The position numbers and the translations under genes are program-made. From NCBI GenBank assembly GCA_947500435.1, contig CANMRV010000003.1, forward strand, positions 291,271-355,270: a stretch of 64,000 nucleotides of DNA, in the 5' to 3' direction. A model generated the notes under the pieces. The model was not told the DNA's origin. It was given only the letters and a program-made list of their open reading frames with translations, and searched no databases. This DNA is from an uncultured Flavobacteriaceae bacterium (lineage in GTDB: Bacteria; Bacteroidota; Bacteroidia; Flavobacteriales; Flavobacteriaceae). This document shows, in pieces, positions 9,432-21,200 of the stretch (its first letter is position 1; every line of letters starts with the position of its first letter).

Positions 9432-12400
9432 TTAATCGTTTTTATATTTGATTTGATAACCCTTTTCGTAAATATTTCCTGGGGTGCGATAAATTAATTG
9501 TGATTTGTACGTACCAAGAGGTAAGGGTGGGAAAGGGCGCAATAAATAGTTGAAGCTGTCATATTGGGCTGTATTACCATTACTGGTGTTATAGCGATTT
9601 AAAATACGTTCTCTCAAGTAGACCATATCATCGTTATATTGATAAGGTAGGTTGTAAACAAAAGGTATTCTATTTTTGACCCATGAAGAATTTGGGTTAT
9701 TTTCAAGATTCGCTAGATATTCATTGCCGATATAGAAAGAACGTACGGGAGGAACACCTAGAACGTCCTCTTCCCTATCGACTCTAATTTCCCCATTCTC
9801 AGGGTCCAAAGGATAGACTTCTTCATCGTAAAGTAAGGGGCCTATCTTATTTTTATAATAGGAGTCATCTAAAATTGCCTGGGCGTATACCAAAGGTTGT
9901 GAGGCGGTATATCTATCTCCAAGAATTTCCATTTTATCTAAATATTCGTAATCAGAGACTTTTATCGATAAAGAATGAACATCGGTATATATTGGATTGG
10001 TCAAATTATTGGTGACATTTAAGTCATTTACTTTGTCTTTAAAAGAGGGATGTTTACTAGTTTTAAAACCATACTCCAGAATTGATTTTGGTGCGCCGTT
10101 AGCTATGGTAACATTAGCTGCTTTTTTATTAGACACCACAGCACTAGCCGATGTGTTCTTTGTTTCTTGAGCGCCCGAAGAAGGGTCAAACCAAGCAGTA
10201 TCACCACTTTCTTCCCCAGCTAAGACATCAGTCTGCTCTATTATGATTTCTGTTTGGATATCCGCTCCTGGAGGGAAAACAACAAGGTTTAAATCATGTT
10301 CTGTATTCAGGGCCAAACTGGGTACATCATAAAATACTGTAGCATTTGATCGGTCATAGGACACATTGGTACGTTCTCCCTGACCAGACGAGCCAACAAA
10401 TTCTGCTCGCATTTCAAAACCACTATCGAATAGATAGTTTTGAGCGGTTATCATTTTCACATACCCCTTGTCAAATTCCTCAGGGTAAAAACTTTGTTGA
10501 TCCAGAACAGGATACATATAGGCAATATTTTCAAATGGAATATGGTCAGGGGCCTTATCTGTGATAAATGTTGATTCCCCTTTTTCAATAACTGGATTTC
10601 CGTTATCCATCATGGTTTGAAACGAACCACCTATTTTTTCATCGAAACTTACTTCTACAACTACCTTGACTTCTTTTTCCGATGGAAGTGTTTCGGCAGG
10701 TTTAAAGGTTACCGCGTCATTAGTATCATTCCATTCCAATTCCCCCTGCAACTCTTGACCTTCTGAGATTACCGTAAAGTTCTTCAACTGTAATTTAAAC
10801 GTACGTACAGCTTCATCAAGTGCTACTGTAAACTCTTTATTAGCAGCGTAATTAAACACTGCTTGAGGGGCTGCAAAAACAGATACATCATCGCTTTTGT
10901 CTCTAGGTGTAATATCAGAAATTATAGGTACGCCAACAGCATCGCCGATATTTTCAAGTTCACATTCTTCTCCCATTTCTACCTTCATTCGCATTCGTCC
11001 TGAGACTAATCCCCCTAAAATATTATAGTACATACCCACATAGCCTTGTATATAAACTGGATTGGGAAACTGCCCTCTTAACATTGCTGCCACACCAGCT
11101 TCAGCAATTTTAAAATTCCCTTTTATAAAGGCCAGGTTTACTTTTACACCAAATTCTCCATAGAGATAGGCGTACACCTGACCCATAGAATACCAGCCAT
11201 TATTACCAACTGGTCCAGGACGCCCTTTACATTTTGCATTTGGGTAGTATGCATGCATTACGTCGAAACCTGCTCCTATTTCCACTGAGGCGTAAAACAG
11301 GGCCCAATCCCATGCATATCCATAGCCAAAATTCATACCGAAGGCAAAACCTTTACCAGCGGTGAGTTGATTTTCTTTTCGTTCGCCATTCAGCATATCA
11401 TCTCCTAAAATCTTTACGACAATAGGGTGTGGGTCTAATTGCGCTGGTAAATTAGTTCCTGTCATAAAATAACCACCCACCCGAATCTGAACGCCAACAT
11501 TGAAAAGTAAATCTATACGTTGTTGTGGTGTGCCAATATGCATATACCACTCGTCTGGCCCGGTATGAATTTTAGCATATCCGGCCAGGTTATTTTCTCC
11601 ACCCCCCCGTACTGCAGCTAAATCTAAATAGAGTTTGAACTCGCCATCAAAGGTGCCGTTAACAAAGTCTCTTTCTATTCCAACATAAACTCCAATCTTA
11701 CCTGATGCAGCTATATCAGTTACGGGAATAGATTCTTGAGCAACGCTCATATAATTTCCATTAGCCTGGTCCGCTTCAGCCGTACTGCTATTTTCAATGG
11801 TTTGTTCAACTTTGTTTGCTGTTTTTGCTATGTCAGTAGTACTTTGACCAGTGCCATCACCCATAACCGCTCCTTCTCCCATGAACCCAATACGGTTCAA
11901 ACCACCATGGATATTAAACTCCATTTCAAGGTAGGCCTTGCAAGAAAAAGATCCGGCATTTTTGGTTTGTATCTTGACTCCGGCTCTAATACCTAAACCT
12001 GTATTGGCATCCGGTTCATATACGGCAGTTCCTGGTTGAAAACCAGAGGTATTACCACTGACTTTCCGCATTCGATTTGAGATACCTCCCACAAAAGCTT
12101 TAAGGGGTAGTTTTGATTCTCCTGTCTCTGTAACATTATCCATCCAAACGTCAACGGACCAATATCTAAAATCAGTTTTTCCGAAAATGGCACGACCGCC
12201 TACTTGAAATTTTAACTTTTCAAAAGTAGCACTTAATTGACCATCAAATCCGTCGCCGTAAACTGGGTCGTCTTCCATGACCTTTAATTCTCCCTTGAGC
12301 TTGAAATTACTTTTAGTGTAATCAATTTTAATACCATCTACTTTAACCCGTTCGAACTTCCACTCTTGAATTTTAGCGCCATCTTCTAGTTTTCCAAGAA

Positions 12401-14423
12401 CATCTAAACTTGTGGTAGCGTGTGAACCTCCACTGTCCAAATTAATTTTTAAGTCGAATGAGAGTCCTGCAATATCATTACTGGGAGTTACAAAGGCTAA
12501 ATTTGCAATAGAAACTGGAAAGTTCATCAATTTCATTTCGCCTTCATAGCCGAAATATTTGGCTTGCAGGGCTTTCGTACCGGGCTCGGTTTGTATTTCA
12601 AGCTCTTGAAAAGCAATTCCAGAAAAGTCAAAACCGTTTTTGTTTTCAGGATCTGGTTGCTCGTCTTTCTTTTGATTGACTTTACCTGCGATAGCAAGCT
12701 TACCAGATAAGTTGGCATACGGATAGACATTGCCATCTTTTACGTTTATGGCTACGCTTGAATTACGCTCTAACTGCATTTCTCCAAGGAACATAGGAGT
12801 GGTATAATTGCTCTGCAAACCAACCTCTAAACCATAACCATCTTGTGAGATATAGCCCTCATAGCTCATAGGTTTCTCAAAAATAGGAACCGCAATATCA
12901 CCACCAATAGAACCTCCTGTAAGTGAATTTCGAGAAAGTTCGATGCTGACATCTTCTATAGTAAAGGCCCATTTGCCTGCTGAACCATCACCTGTTTGTA
13001 AAACATTTTCGGCAAAAAATCGCCCTGATACGCCCTGACTATCGAGTACTAGATTTTGAGCGCCAAAAGTGACACGTTTGTTTGAAGTTTTGGTGTTTTC
13101 AATACCCTTGGGCAACATCACACTGACTTCTTGCGCATAGAAACCGCGCCATAATTTGCGGTCGCTACCTGGGTAGATACTATTGTAGTCAGGTGGAAGT
13201 ACGAGATTGGGCGAACTGCGCGAATCACTTAGATCCATTACTACATTTTCTAGGTTGAAGCCCCAGCCTTTTAGGCCGACTACTTCAAAACGTGGGAGAT
13301 TGACTTCCATTAAAAGATCGTTCCAGCCGTTGGCTTGAATGCTAAATGAAGTGCCGACATAGCATTTGTTATCTACTGCGCCATCATCGGTAAGTTGTTG
13401 ATTGGGACTATCACCACAAACATAATTGCCATCAAGATCGATGGGGAGTAAGACTTTTCTTGAAATACGCACATCACCTTCTAAAGCAATTTCTTTAAGC
13501 CCTGAACAGTCAAATTCTACAAAAGAGGTATCGGCAAAAGCACCGGTTTTAAGGTCAACCCCTCCTTTTAAGGTTAAGAGCCATTGCTCTCCGTTTAAGG
13601 GAATGGACTGATTACCCAAAAGCACTAGTTTCATACCTCCGACCAAAGCGCCATCATGGGTAAGTTTAATACCTTCGGCACCAAAGAATATTTCACGGTC
13701 TGAACCCCCATTTTCCCCTTTTTCTGGGATGGTCATTTTCGCCCATGCCTTAAACTCTGCATATTGTGGCGTAAATTTTACTTGCGTAATGGCAAGTTGC
13801 ACTGAATTGCCAGAAGTAGAGTCTTTTTTACTTAAACCTACAGGGAGCTCTAAAAGTTCTTTACCCGTAATAATATCAACAAAATTGCCCAGTTTGGCCA
13901 ATGCATCAAAAGCCCGTTTTGCTTTGGCAACGAGAGTATCTGCTTTTGGGTTTCTACTAAAATTAGTTGCAATAAACTCAGGGTTAAATTCAGGTTTTCT
14001 ATTCGCAAAAGAAATATTGAATTGTTCGTTTTCTAAGAGTTTTTGGTCCAAGGTTGGGAAAGACCGAAAGGTTTTTTGAGTCTCGGTATTTTCAGTAGAG
14101 GTATTGTTCCCTTGAGGGGACTTTAGGGGTGTAGATGTAAAGGTGCTATGAAAACCACCACCTTTTCGCACCGCAGCCAATTGCTGTAATTGCGCCAAAT
14201 AAGCTGGGTCTGGTTTTGTTCGACTGAGCCTTTCGACTCCGCTCAAGACAGGCTCAGCCGAAGTCTTGGCGCTGTCTTTTTCTTTTGGGTTTAGGGTGTC
14301 TTTTGAAGTAGAAATCAATTCATTAGAAATCTCAATGCCAGTTTCTATGAAGGAACCATTTGGACTTGACCATAGCTGAATGGTCCAAAGGAATATTATG
14401 ATATATATGTAGTTTTTATTCAT
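9432..14423 (-). CDS. Large (1663 aa) secreted or membrane-anchored beta-rich protein of unknown function
   Basis: Long ORF with a hydrophobic N-terminus (IYIIIFLWTIQLW). No motif I can assign. Co-directional with the toxin/immunity pair and the adhesin genes. Confidence 0.55.
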   Translation of the reverse strand: MNKNYIYIIIFLWTIQLWSSPNGSFIETGIEISNELISTSKDTLNPKEKDSAKTSAEPVLSGVERLSRTKPDPAYLAQLQQLAAVRKGGGFHSTFTSTPLKSPQGNNTSTENTETQKTFRSFPTLDQKLLENEQFNISFANRKPEFNPEFIATNFSRNPKADTLVAKAKRAFDALAKLGNFVDIITGKELLELPVGLSKKDSTSGNSVQLAITQVKFTPQYAEFKAWAKMTIPEKGENGGSDREIFFGAEGIKLTHDGALVGGMKLVLLGNQSIPLNGEQWLLTLKGGVDLKTGAFADTSFVEFDCSGLKEIALEGDVRISRKVLLPIDLDGNYVCGDSPNQQLTDDGAVDNKCYVGTSFSIQANGWNDLLMEVNLPRFEVVGLKGWGFNLENVVMDLSDSRSSPNLVLPPDYNSIYPGSDRKLWRGFYAQEVSVMLPKGIENTKTSNKRVTFGAQNLVLDSQGVSGRFFAENVLQTGDGSAGKWAFTIEDVSIELSRNSLTGGSIGGDIAVPIFEKPMSYEGYISQDGYGLEVGLQSNYTTPMFLGEMQLERNSSVAINVKDGNVYPYANLSGKLAIAGKVNQKKDEQPDPENKNGFDFSGIAFQELEIQTEPGTKALQAKYFGYEGEMKLMNFPVSIANLAFVTPSNDIAGLSFDLKINLDSGGSHATTSLDVLGKLEDGAKIQEWKFERVKVDGIKIDYTKSNFKLKGELKVMEDDPVYGDGFDGQLSATFEKLKFQVGGRAIFGKTDFRYWSVDVWMDNVTETGESKLPLKAFVGGISNRMRKVSGNTSGFQPGTAVYEPDANTGLGIRAGVKIQTKNAGSFSCKAYLEMEFNIHGGLNRIGFMGEGAVMGDGTGQSTTDIAKTANKVEQTIENSSTAEADQANGNYMSVAQESIPVTDIAASGKIGVYVGIERDFVNGTFDGEFKLYLDLAAVRGGGENNLAGYAKIHTGPDEWYMHIGTPQQRIDLLFNVGVQIRVGGYFMTGTNLPAQLDPHPIVVKILGDDMLNGERKENQLTAGKGFAFGMNFGYGYAWDWALFYASVEIGAGFDVMHAYYPNAKCKGRPGPVGNNGWYSMGQVYAYLYGEFGVKVNLAFIKGNFKIAEAGVAAMLRGQFPNPVYIQGYVGMYYNILGGLVSGRMRMKVEMGEECELENIGDAVGVPIISDITPRDKSDDVSVFAAPQAVFNYAANKEFTVALDEAVRTFKLQLKNFTVISEGQELQGELEWNDTNDAVTFKPAETLPSEKEVKVVVEVSFDEKIGGSFQTMMDNGNPVIEKGESTFITDKAPDHIPFENIAYMYPVLDQQSFYPEEFDKGYVKMITAQNYLFDSGFEMRAEFVGSSGQGERTNVSYDRSNATVFYDVPSLALNTEHDLNLVVFPPGADIQTEIIIEQTDVLAGEESGDTAWFDPSSGAQETKNTSASAVVSNKKAANVTIANGAPKSILEYGFKTSKHPSFKDKVNDLNVTNNLTNPIYTDVHSLSIKVSDYEYLDKMEILGDRYTASQPLVYAQAILDDSYYKNKIGPLLYDEEVYPLDPENGEIRVDREEDVLGVPPVRSFYIGNEYLANLENNPNSSWVKNRIPFVYNLPYQYNDDMVYLRERILNRYNTSNGNTAQYDSFNYLLRPFPPLPLGTYKSQLIYRTPGNIYEKGYQIKYKND

Positions 14424-14494
14424 ACTACTTTTATTATTTTAAAATCTCTTATTGCCATTTAATGCTCTCATAAGTGACATTATACACTTGCCAA

Positions 14495-15226
14495 TTATAT
14501 ATCTTGTTCTAAACTATAGGTAACAAATTCACTCTCGCGATCATAGGGAATGCTATTGTGCGGAGATTTAATAATCAACTTATTCCAAAAACTCCATTCT
14601 TCTGTTAATTCTTGGTTAGTTATTTTATGGTGTTCCAAAATTGCGTTGATTAAATAATCAGGAAGAGACATCTTTAGCCTTCTCGAAATTCTATTTTTGA
14701 CTAATGTTATCTTGTGAAGAACTTTATTGTCAAGAATCTTAAATTCAAATTCTCCTTCGTCCCATGAAGACTCGTAAAAATCAAGCTCTCCATCATCATC
14801 ATAAACTGGTGTTAATAATTTTTTCTCTTTTTCAAAATCATAAATTCTATTCATCATAGTTTCGTTGAGCCATTGATAAAAAACTCGAGATTGATTTAAT
14901 TTTTCGGTCTCTACGTTTTGCAGATTATATTCATATTCTATTGAAAGTTGTAAGTTCTTATTAAGAGAAATTAGAATGGTATTAAACTTTTTTTCAGAAT
15001 CTTTTAATTTTCTCTGTCTATCAATTAAATGTTTGATATATGGTCGCAAAACCCTTAACGGGATTGATAAATTCTCTAACTTATTGTTCTTCTCGTTAAG
15101 AAAGGTTGCTTTCATACCGTATCCTCCACTCTCTGTAAAGCTCAATTTAAGCTTAATTTCATGCCAAAAGTTTTGGTCAGCTAATTCGCAAATTTTATTT
15201 ATTAAACCATTTTCTTTGTCCATCAT
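14495..15226 (-). CDS. Small cytoplasmic protein immediately downstream of the nuclease-toxin gene; candidate immunity protein
   Basis: 243 aa with no signal peptide. Starts 9 nt after the stop of the 2005-aa nuclease-tipped protein. Strongly AT-rich and rich in K/E/N. Its position fits the toxin-immunity gene order. Confidence 0.5.
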   Translation of the reverse strand: MMDKENGLINKICELADQNFWHEIKLKLSFTESGGYGMKATFLNEKNNKLENLSIPLRVLRPYIKHLIDRQRKLKDSEKKFNTILISLNKNLQLSIEYEYNLQNVETEKLNQSRVFYQWLNETMMNRIYDFEKEKKLLTPVYDDDGELDFYESSWDEGEFEFKILDNKVLHKITLVKNRISRRLKMSLPDYLINAILEHHKITNQELTEEWSFWNKLIIKSPHNSIPYDRESEFVTYSLEQDI

Positions 15227-15235
15227 ATCTAAATT

Positions 15236-18200
15236 TTAATTCTGCGGATTGGGAAAATATGTTTGATTACCATTGGGTAGCGTATTTATCAAGACTCCTT
15301 CCATTTTAACTTCAACATCAAAACCTGTTGGTCTTTTAGAAGAACCACTGAACTCTGGGTATATAGTAAATTCTATTGTTTTACCGGGATTATTTTCACG
15401 TAACTCAGTGACAAACTTTTCCATATTAAACCATTCTCCAGGAGGCTGGTTTTGCGATGGAGCCTGGGGGAAGTAGTTAATTTGCTCCGAAGGGCCAAAC
15501 CATTCTGCTTTAACCATATGACCACCATCATCGGTCGGATATCCATCTTTTATATTTTTAGTATTTGATTGATATTCTTGATTTCTCCCTCTCGGGTTTA
15601 TTTCAATGTTATTTACCTTTATCTCTTTAACTCTACCAAGTTCATCCGTATAGAAGTTGAAATTACCGTCAACTTCATATTTGAAGTTTTTCATTAATGG
15701 AGGGTTAGCATTTAATAATTTATTCCAGCCTATTCCTGTATTGCCGCCTTTGGCTCTAATTAAACCCTGAGAAAAATCAGCCCATACAGTTCCTTTATTA
15801 TCAACAAGCCTTAATTTGTCTCCAACTTTTTCAATTGACCAAGTGCTTGGTAAAGAACTTCGTGTTACTAGTTCTAAAAATTCATCGTACTGATTTCCAA
15901 AAACATTTTTTAAGTCATTGATGATATTAGTTGGTAAGTTATCGACAAACTTCTTTTTTAAAGTAACGAACTCCCCTGATGGTGACAATCCTGTATTAAG
16001 ATTTGCTAATTCATCAACCTCCCCATTTGCCTTAGAAGTATACCAATCACTTGCTTCTACATGACCATTCTGGTAAATTTTCATCTCACCATTAGAAGCG
16101 ATAATGTCTCGACCTACAGCCTTAGAAATATCTTTTGCTCCTTCAACAGTATTGCAGCTAAGTAATCGAATCGTTTTGGTATCGGGGATGTTTTTTAATG
16201 CCTGCCCAAGTTCTTCTGCGGTCATTAGTACTGTTTCTGTGACACCATCTAACTCTATTATTACTGGAAATCCGGTTCCTGCATCGTCAGCATGTACAAT
16301 AACGTCAACGTAGTTATCACTGTCGTTTAGGAAATTTTTAACTTTACTAACTTCTCCGGCTGTTAAATCAATGATACTAGTTGCTACCTGCGAATTTTTT
16401 AAACTTATAAAGTTTTCAATCAACAAAAGTTTTGCCCTAGCTTGTCTAGCTTTAAGAGCTAAATCGGTTGAGTTACTTACTTTACCTTCAGCTTCAATTT
16501 GTCTCAACCAGCCTTTGGCTTCTTCTATCTTATTTACTCCTATCTCGGCGATTTCATCAGGGGAAACTTTATCATCTAAAAGTTTATCTAAAAAATTATT
16601 TACTTGGTCTTTTGATGGGAGAGGTTTTGTATTTAGCTTGGCTTTGGAAAAAAGCGTTTTTAAATTTTTTACGCCACTCCCTAACTCACCTACCGCAACT
16701 ATAGCTGTTAAAACATTTAGACTTTCTAGGACAGCTTTAGCATTGGGGCTTAAATTTTCAGAAGATGATGATAGAACAAGATTAACGCCTGAACCCAACA
16801 TATCCGCTATTATGTAGGCCTTTCGCAAAGCCGAAGGGCCCTTGACTAAGGCTCCATAACCAGTAGCCAAACTCGCAACATCAATGGTAGTTTCAATACC
16901 ATCTATTATGTTTCTAGTATTACCCACATCATTTGCGTAATAAGCTAAAACAGAAGGTGCAAGAACTGGAGTTTTATTATAATCACTAAGCATACTTAGT
17001 GAAGATTTATTTACAAACCATATGGGGGCAAATGGGTCTACTTCTAAGGGATCTGTAGTTGGAATTTCAGTTAAATTACAAGAGAATCGATTTTGGATAA
17101 CTATGTTAATAGAATTGTCCGAAGCCCAATCAGTTGTCGTATCTGGATTACATTCAAAATATGCAAAAGATGATCCTAATGCCGCAGTTTCAAAAACACC
17201 ATCCCAAAAACTTCGATGGTAAAAGTTAATGTTATAATTTATAAATTCTTCATCCGAATATGCTAAAGCAGCATCTTTAAATTTTTTGGATTTTAAAGCC
17301 AATGTAGAAATTGTTTTTATTAGCTCTAGATAGTTATCTTCTGTTATCCAAGTATGGTCATTATCAATTTTATAGACTAATCTTTTAAGAATATACTCAT
17401 CCTCTTGAGTTTTTGATTTCTCTTTAAGTTTGTCAAACAAATCTTCTATATCAGTGTCTTTGGTAAACTTTAGAAGTCTAATGATTTCTATTTCGGTAGC
17501 ATCGTTTGTCACAACGCCCCAGTCTGTTAAGATACTTAATGCGATAATTTTGTTATCTACACTTATCTCTTTAATCTCATTATCAGACAGATTGTCAATA
17601 CAACTAACCACAGTATTTAAAGGCGTATCAATAGTGATATTGGTTAGGGTTTCTAAACAATTTTTGAATTCGTTTTTAGTCGAATTAACCAAATCAATGT
17701 AGATACCAATTATATCGTTGATTGAAACAGATTCTTTTCTAAATACGGTGTAGGCTTTTTCAGAAGTATAAATACTGTTCTTTAAGTCTGGTACGCTCGT
17801 AGTGGTCTTTAATTTTCTGTATTGCTCAGCTACTATATCCGGATATATATTATTGAGAGTTGCTAATTTGGAAACGATAAAATATTTGCTATTCCAGGAA
17901 ATATTTTCGCCAAAAAAATGTTGGACTAGACTCTGATTTAAATTGTATGAAGGGTCATAAGGAGTGGATTCACCGTATTTATAATTTCTTTCCTTTAACT
18001 TATTTTGGCTTATTGTTGCTTTTGTAAGTCTATTGTAAGTACTAGGTTTTAAAATATTTACTTTTTCATTCTCTATAAATGTTAAGTTTTCTATTTTGGT
18101 TTTCAATAACCTTCGTCCATCTCCATCTGGGGCAATCGTAATAATGGCATTATGATATTTATCTCTTCCATCCGCCGTATAATTCTCAAAACCTTTATAA

Positions 18201-21200
18201 GTAAAATTAAAGCTCTCTATTCCTATAACTCCTTCGAAATTAACTCCATCAACTGAAGCCGAATATTTAACATCTCCAATTTTAAATGATTGCAATGCCC
18301 CTGTTGGATATAGCCCGTAAGGATTTAATTTGTCGATTCCGGTTATAAAACTTAGTTTCTTAGCTTCTTTCGGCAGGGTTATATAACTGCCATTCATCGT
18401 TAAAAAGGTATATGTTCCGTCGGGATTGGCAAATTCATTTGGAATGCTTGAAACAACAGTATTTTGCCCATCCTCTTCTTTCTGAAAAACATAAAACTTC
18501 AACGCTGGGTTATGAATCTGCGCCCAATGTTTGTAAGGCAATGCCGTACCTCCATTATAGTCCATGAGCCAATTGGTAGCTCCCTGTTGCATATCATACT
18601 GACCAAATGGATGTTGTAAGGCAAAAACCCCATGACCCAATTCATGAGCCAGTACTTTACCCATATCACCACCTTTGTCCTCTTCATTGGCATTACCACT
18701 AAATACAAAGCCCATCTGCCGTTGTAGTGGCATAAAACCTGAAATAGAGCGTGAAGGTTTGATATTATTTCTGTCAAATACTAAAATGTAATAGGTGTCT
18801 TCTTTGTAGCCTTCAAGTTTTTGCACTGCGGAGACCAGCTGTTTTTGTTCATCGTTATAGGCAGTTAACCAAGCACTTTCACCTACATCGAGTCCGTTAT
18901 CGCCTAAACTGTTAGGGTCTACTTGTAGTTGTAAAGAAGATTGAAAATTGATTTTTGCAACGCCTTTTTGAAAGATATTTTGAACCGTATTTTCAATAGT
19001 GCCAAGAGAGGCGTTATTAACAGAAACTAGAGCCACTTTCACTTCACGCTCTGTTAAATGCCATAAGGTAAATGCACCTGCTGTGAGTTGTTTGCTGGTA
19101 TCCTCTTTTGAAGGTACTACAGCGTAGAGAGTCTCATTTTCAAAGGTGTAGGTTCCTTTGATGGTCAGTGTTGCCGAATTGCCACTTACTGTTTTAGGTA
19201 TGACTTCGCCCTGCTTGGTTTTGAAAATAACTTGGTCGGCGGTATAAGCATTATTCTCTATATTAATGGTAGCTTGAATTTGCGTTTCACCACCCTTTTT
19301 GACCGAATGGTGTGCTAACACATAATCATTGCCTTTAGCATCTTTGATACTAGTATATTCCTTTTTCAATTTTTCATTCGCCGAAGAATGCATTTGGTCA
19401 AAGCCATACGTACTAGGAGTATTAAAGTTTACCGTAATTTCCTCTGCGGTCAATGCTTCAATTTGACCGTTATTGCGAACTCCGTCGACATTTCCAGCAT
19501 TTACCTCTCCACCGGGGTCGATTTGCCCACCTTCGGTAATGTTGCCTCCTGCATCAACATGGTATACGTTTCCATCTTTATCAATAATGACTTTGTCATC
19601 CCCAAGTGGTTCAGATTCGGTAGCCCCATTTTCAGGGTTTGTGATAATCATTATACCATCTACAATCTCAATGTCATTCTCTGGGTCTAAAACCCAGTTG
19701 ACTCTGATTTCATCAAGATCATTCTGACCTTCAAATACTTCTCCTACCGCATCAGTAATATCATCAAGTGTATCAATAGCATCATCAATATCAAGGATAT
19801 TACTAAGACTAGGATCATACATCGTAATCACCGAACCTTCAACCAACTGGTTATCAGTATTAATTAATACATTGGTGAATTCTACCCCAACTCGAATACT
19901 GCTTAAGTAAGGTATAGTCACATACCCTTTCCCCGTAAAACGGCCATTACTACCGCTCGCTTCTATAACCTTAATAGGAAAATCACCAGCAGTAAACTTA
20001 TCACCTATCGTTTGTAAAGGGTCTTGATTCGTTAGGTTAAAGTCTGGAGCAATACCACATTCATAAACACTTTCTTCATCATCGGCAATAAATGTGGTGA
20101 ACTGTTTTGAAAGACTCCAATCACTTTCAGTTACCGTACATTTTTTATTTACTTGATATTCGTAGGTAGTTCCCGCTTTAAGATCCCAGAGGGTAAGGAG
20201 GTTGGTTGTGGTTTTACTTTCAAACCATTCGTTATCACCACTTGAAGAAGTTTTTCGATACCGCACTGTATACTCTGGGATATCCGTAGAGAAATCATCC
20301 CAAAAGATGTTTGCGTTGGTACTTCCTTTTACTTCATGATTAACTGCAGCCGGAAGCTCACAAGAGGTAGCATAACTAAAAGAATAGATTTCACTGTAGC
20401 CTTCATTTTTGAAGAGTCCGATTTCCTCAGTGCCTTGTTTGGCTTTTGCTTGAACGCGCCAAGCGTACTTTTTTCCAGAGAGTAAGAGCGGGTCCGATGG
20501 GCCATATACATAGGTCGTCGCTGAGGTCGTTGTTTGAAAAACAGGTGGAGAACTTAAAAAGGCTTGTTGTGGATCCACTTGGTTATCCCAAATTTCTACC
20601 AAACTCAATTCGTACTCTACATTGCTAACGTTGATACTACGAGGGGTCCATTGAAAAACAATATATTGTGGGTTGACCTCATCAACATTCTCTTTATTTC
20701 TTGGGAGTACCAAAAAGGGAGGTTCGTTCTGAAAGACCACACTAACTGCACAGCTTTTATTGGAAAGTCGGCTACCCGTCAATACATCATATACTTCAAC
20801 ACAGAATTGATAAGCCCCTTCGGGTATGGCATTCCCATATTGATTGGCATTGATGCCTGTTATATTGTTAAACTCAAAATAAGGTGCTAATTCAACATTG
20901 GTCAATACCAAAGGAATTCCACCCTCTAAAAATAAGGGACTAGCCCCAACTACAATATCATTGCTTTGGAAGGATAGTCCGCTTCCGGTGAAATAGGTTT
21001 TTAGGCGTATCTCACGATTGGCGATTTCAAAATCGTTTAAAATAATCTGCACACGCAACGGACTGCTAACTGTACTGGCATCTGCGTAATTTGAGACATA
21101 GATGGGTGCTGGCGGTAAAGCCTGCGGGACTACTTGTACTGGGAAGGATTGGGCTGTTGAAAGTACGGAGTACAAAGTACAAAGTACAAAGAGGCACATC

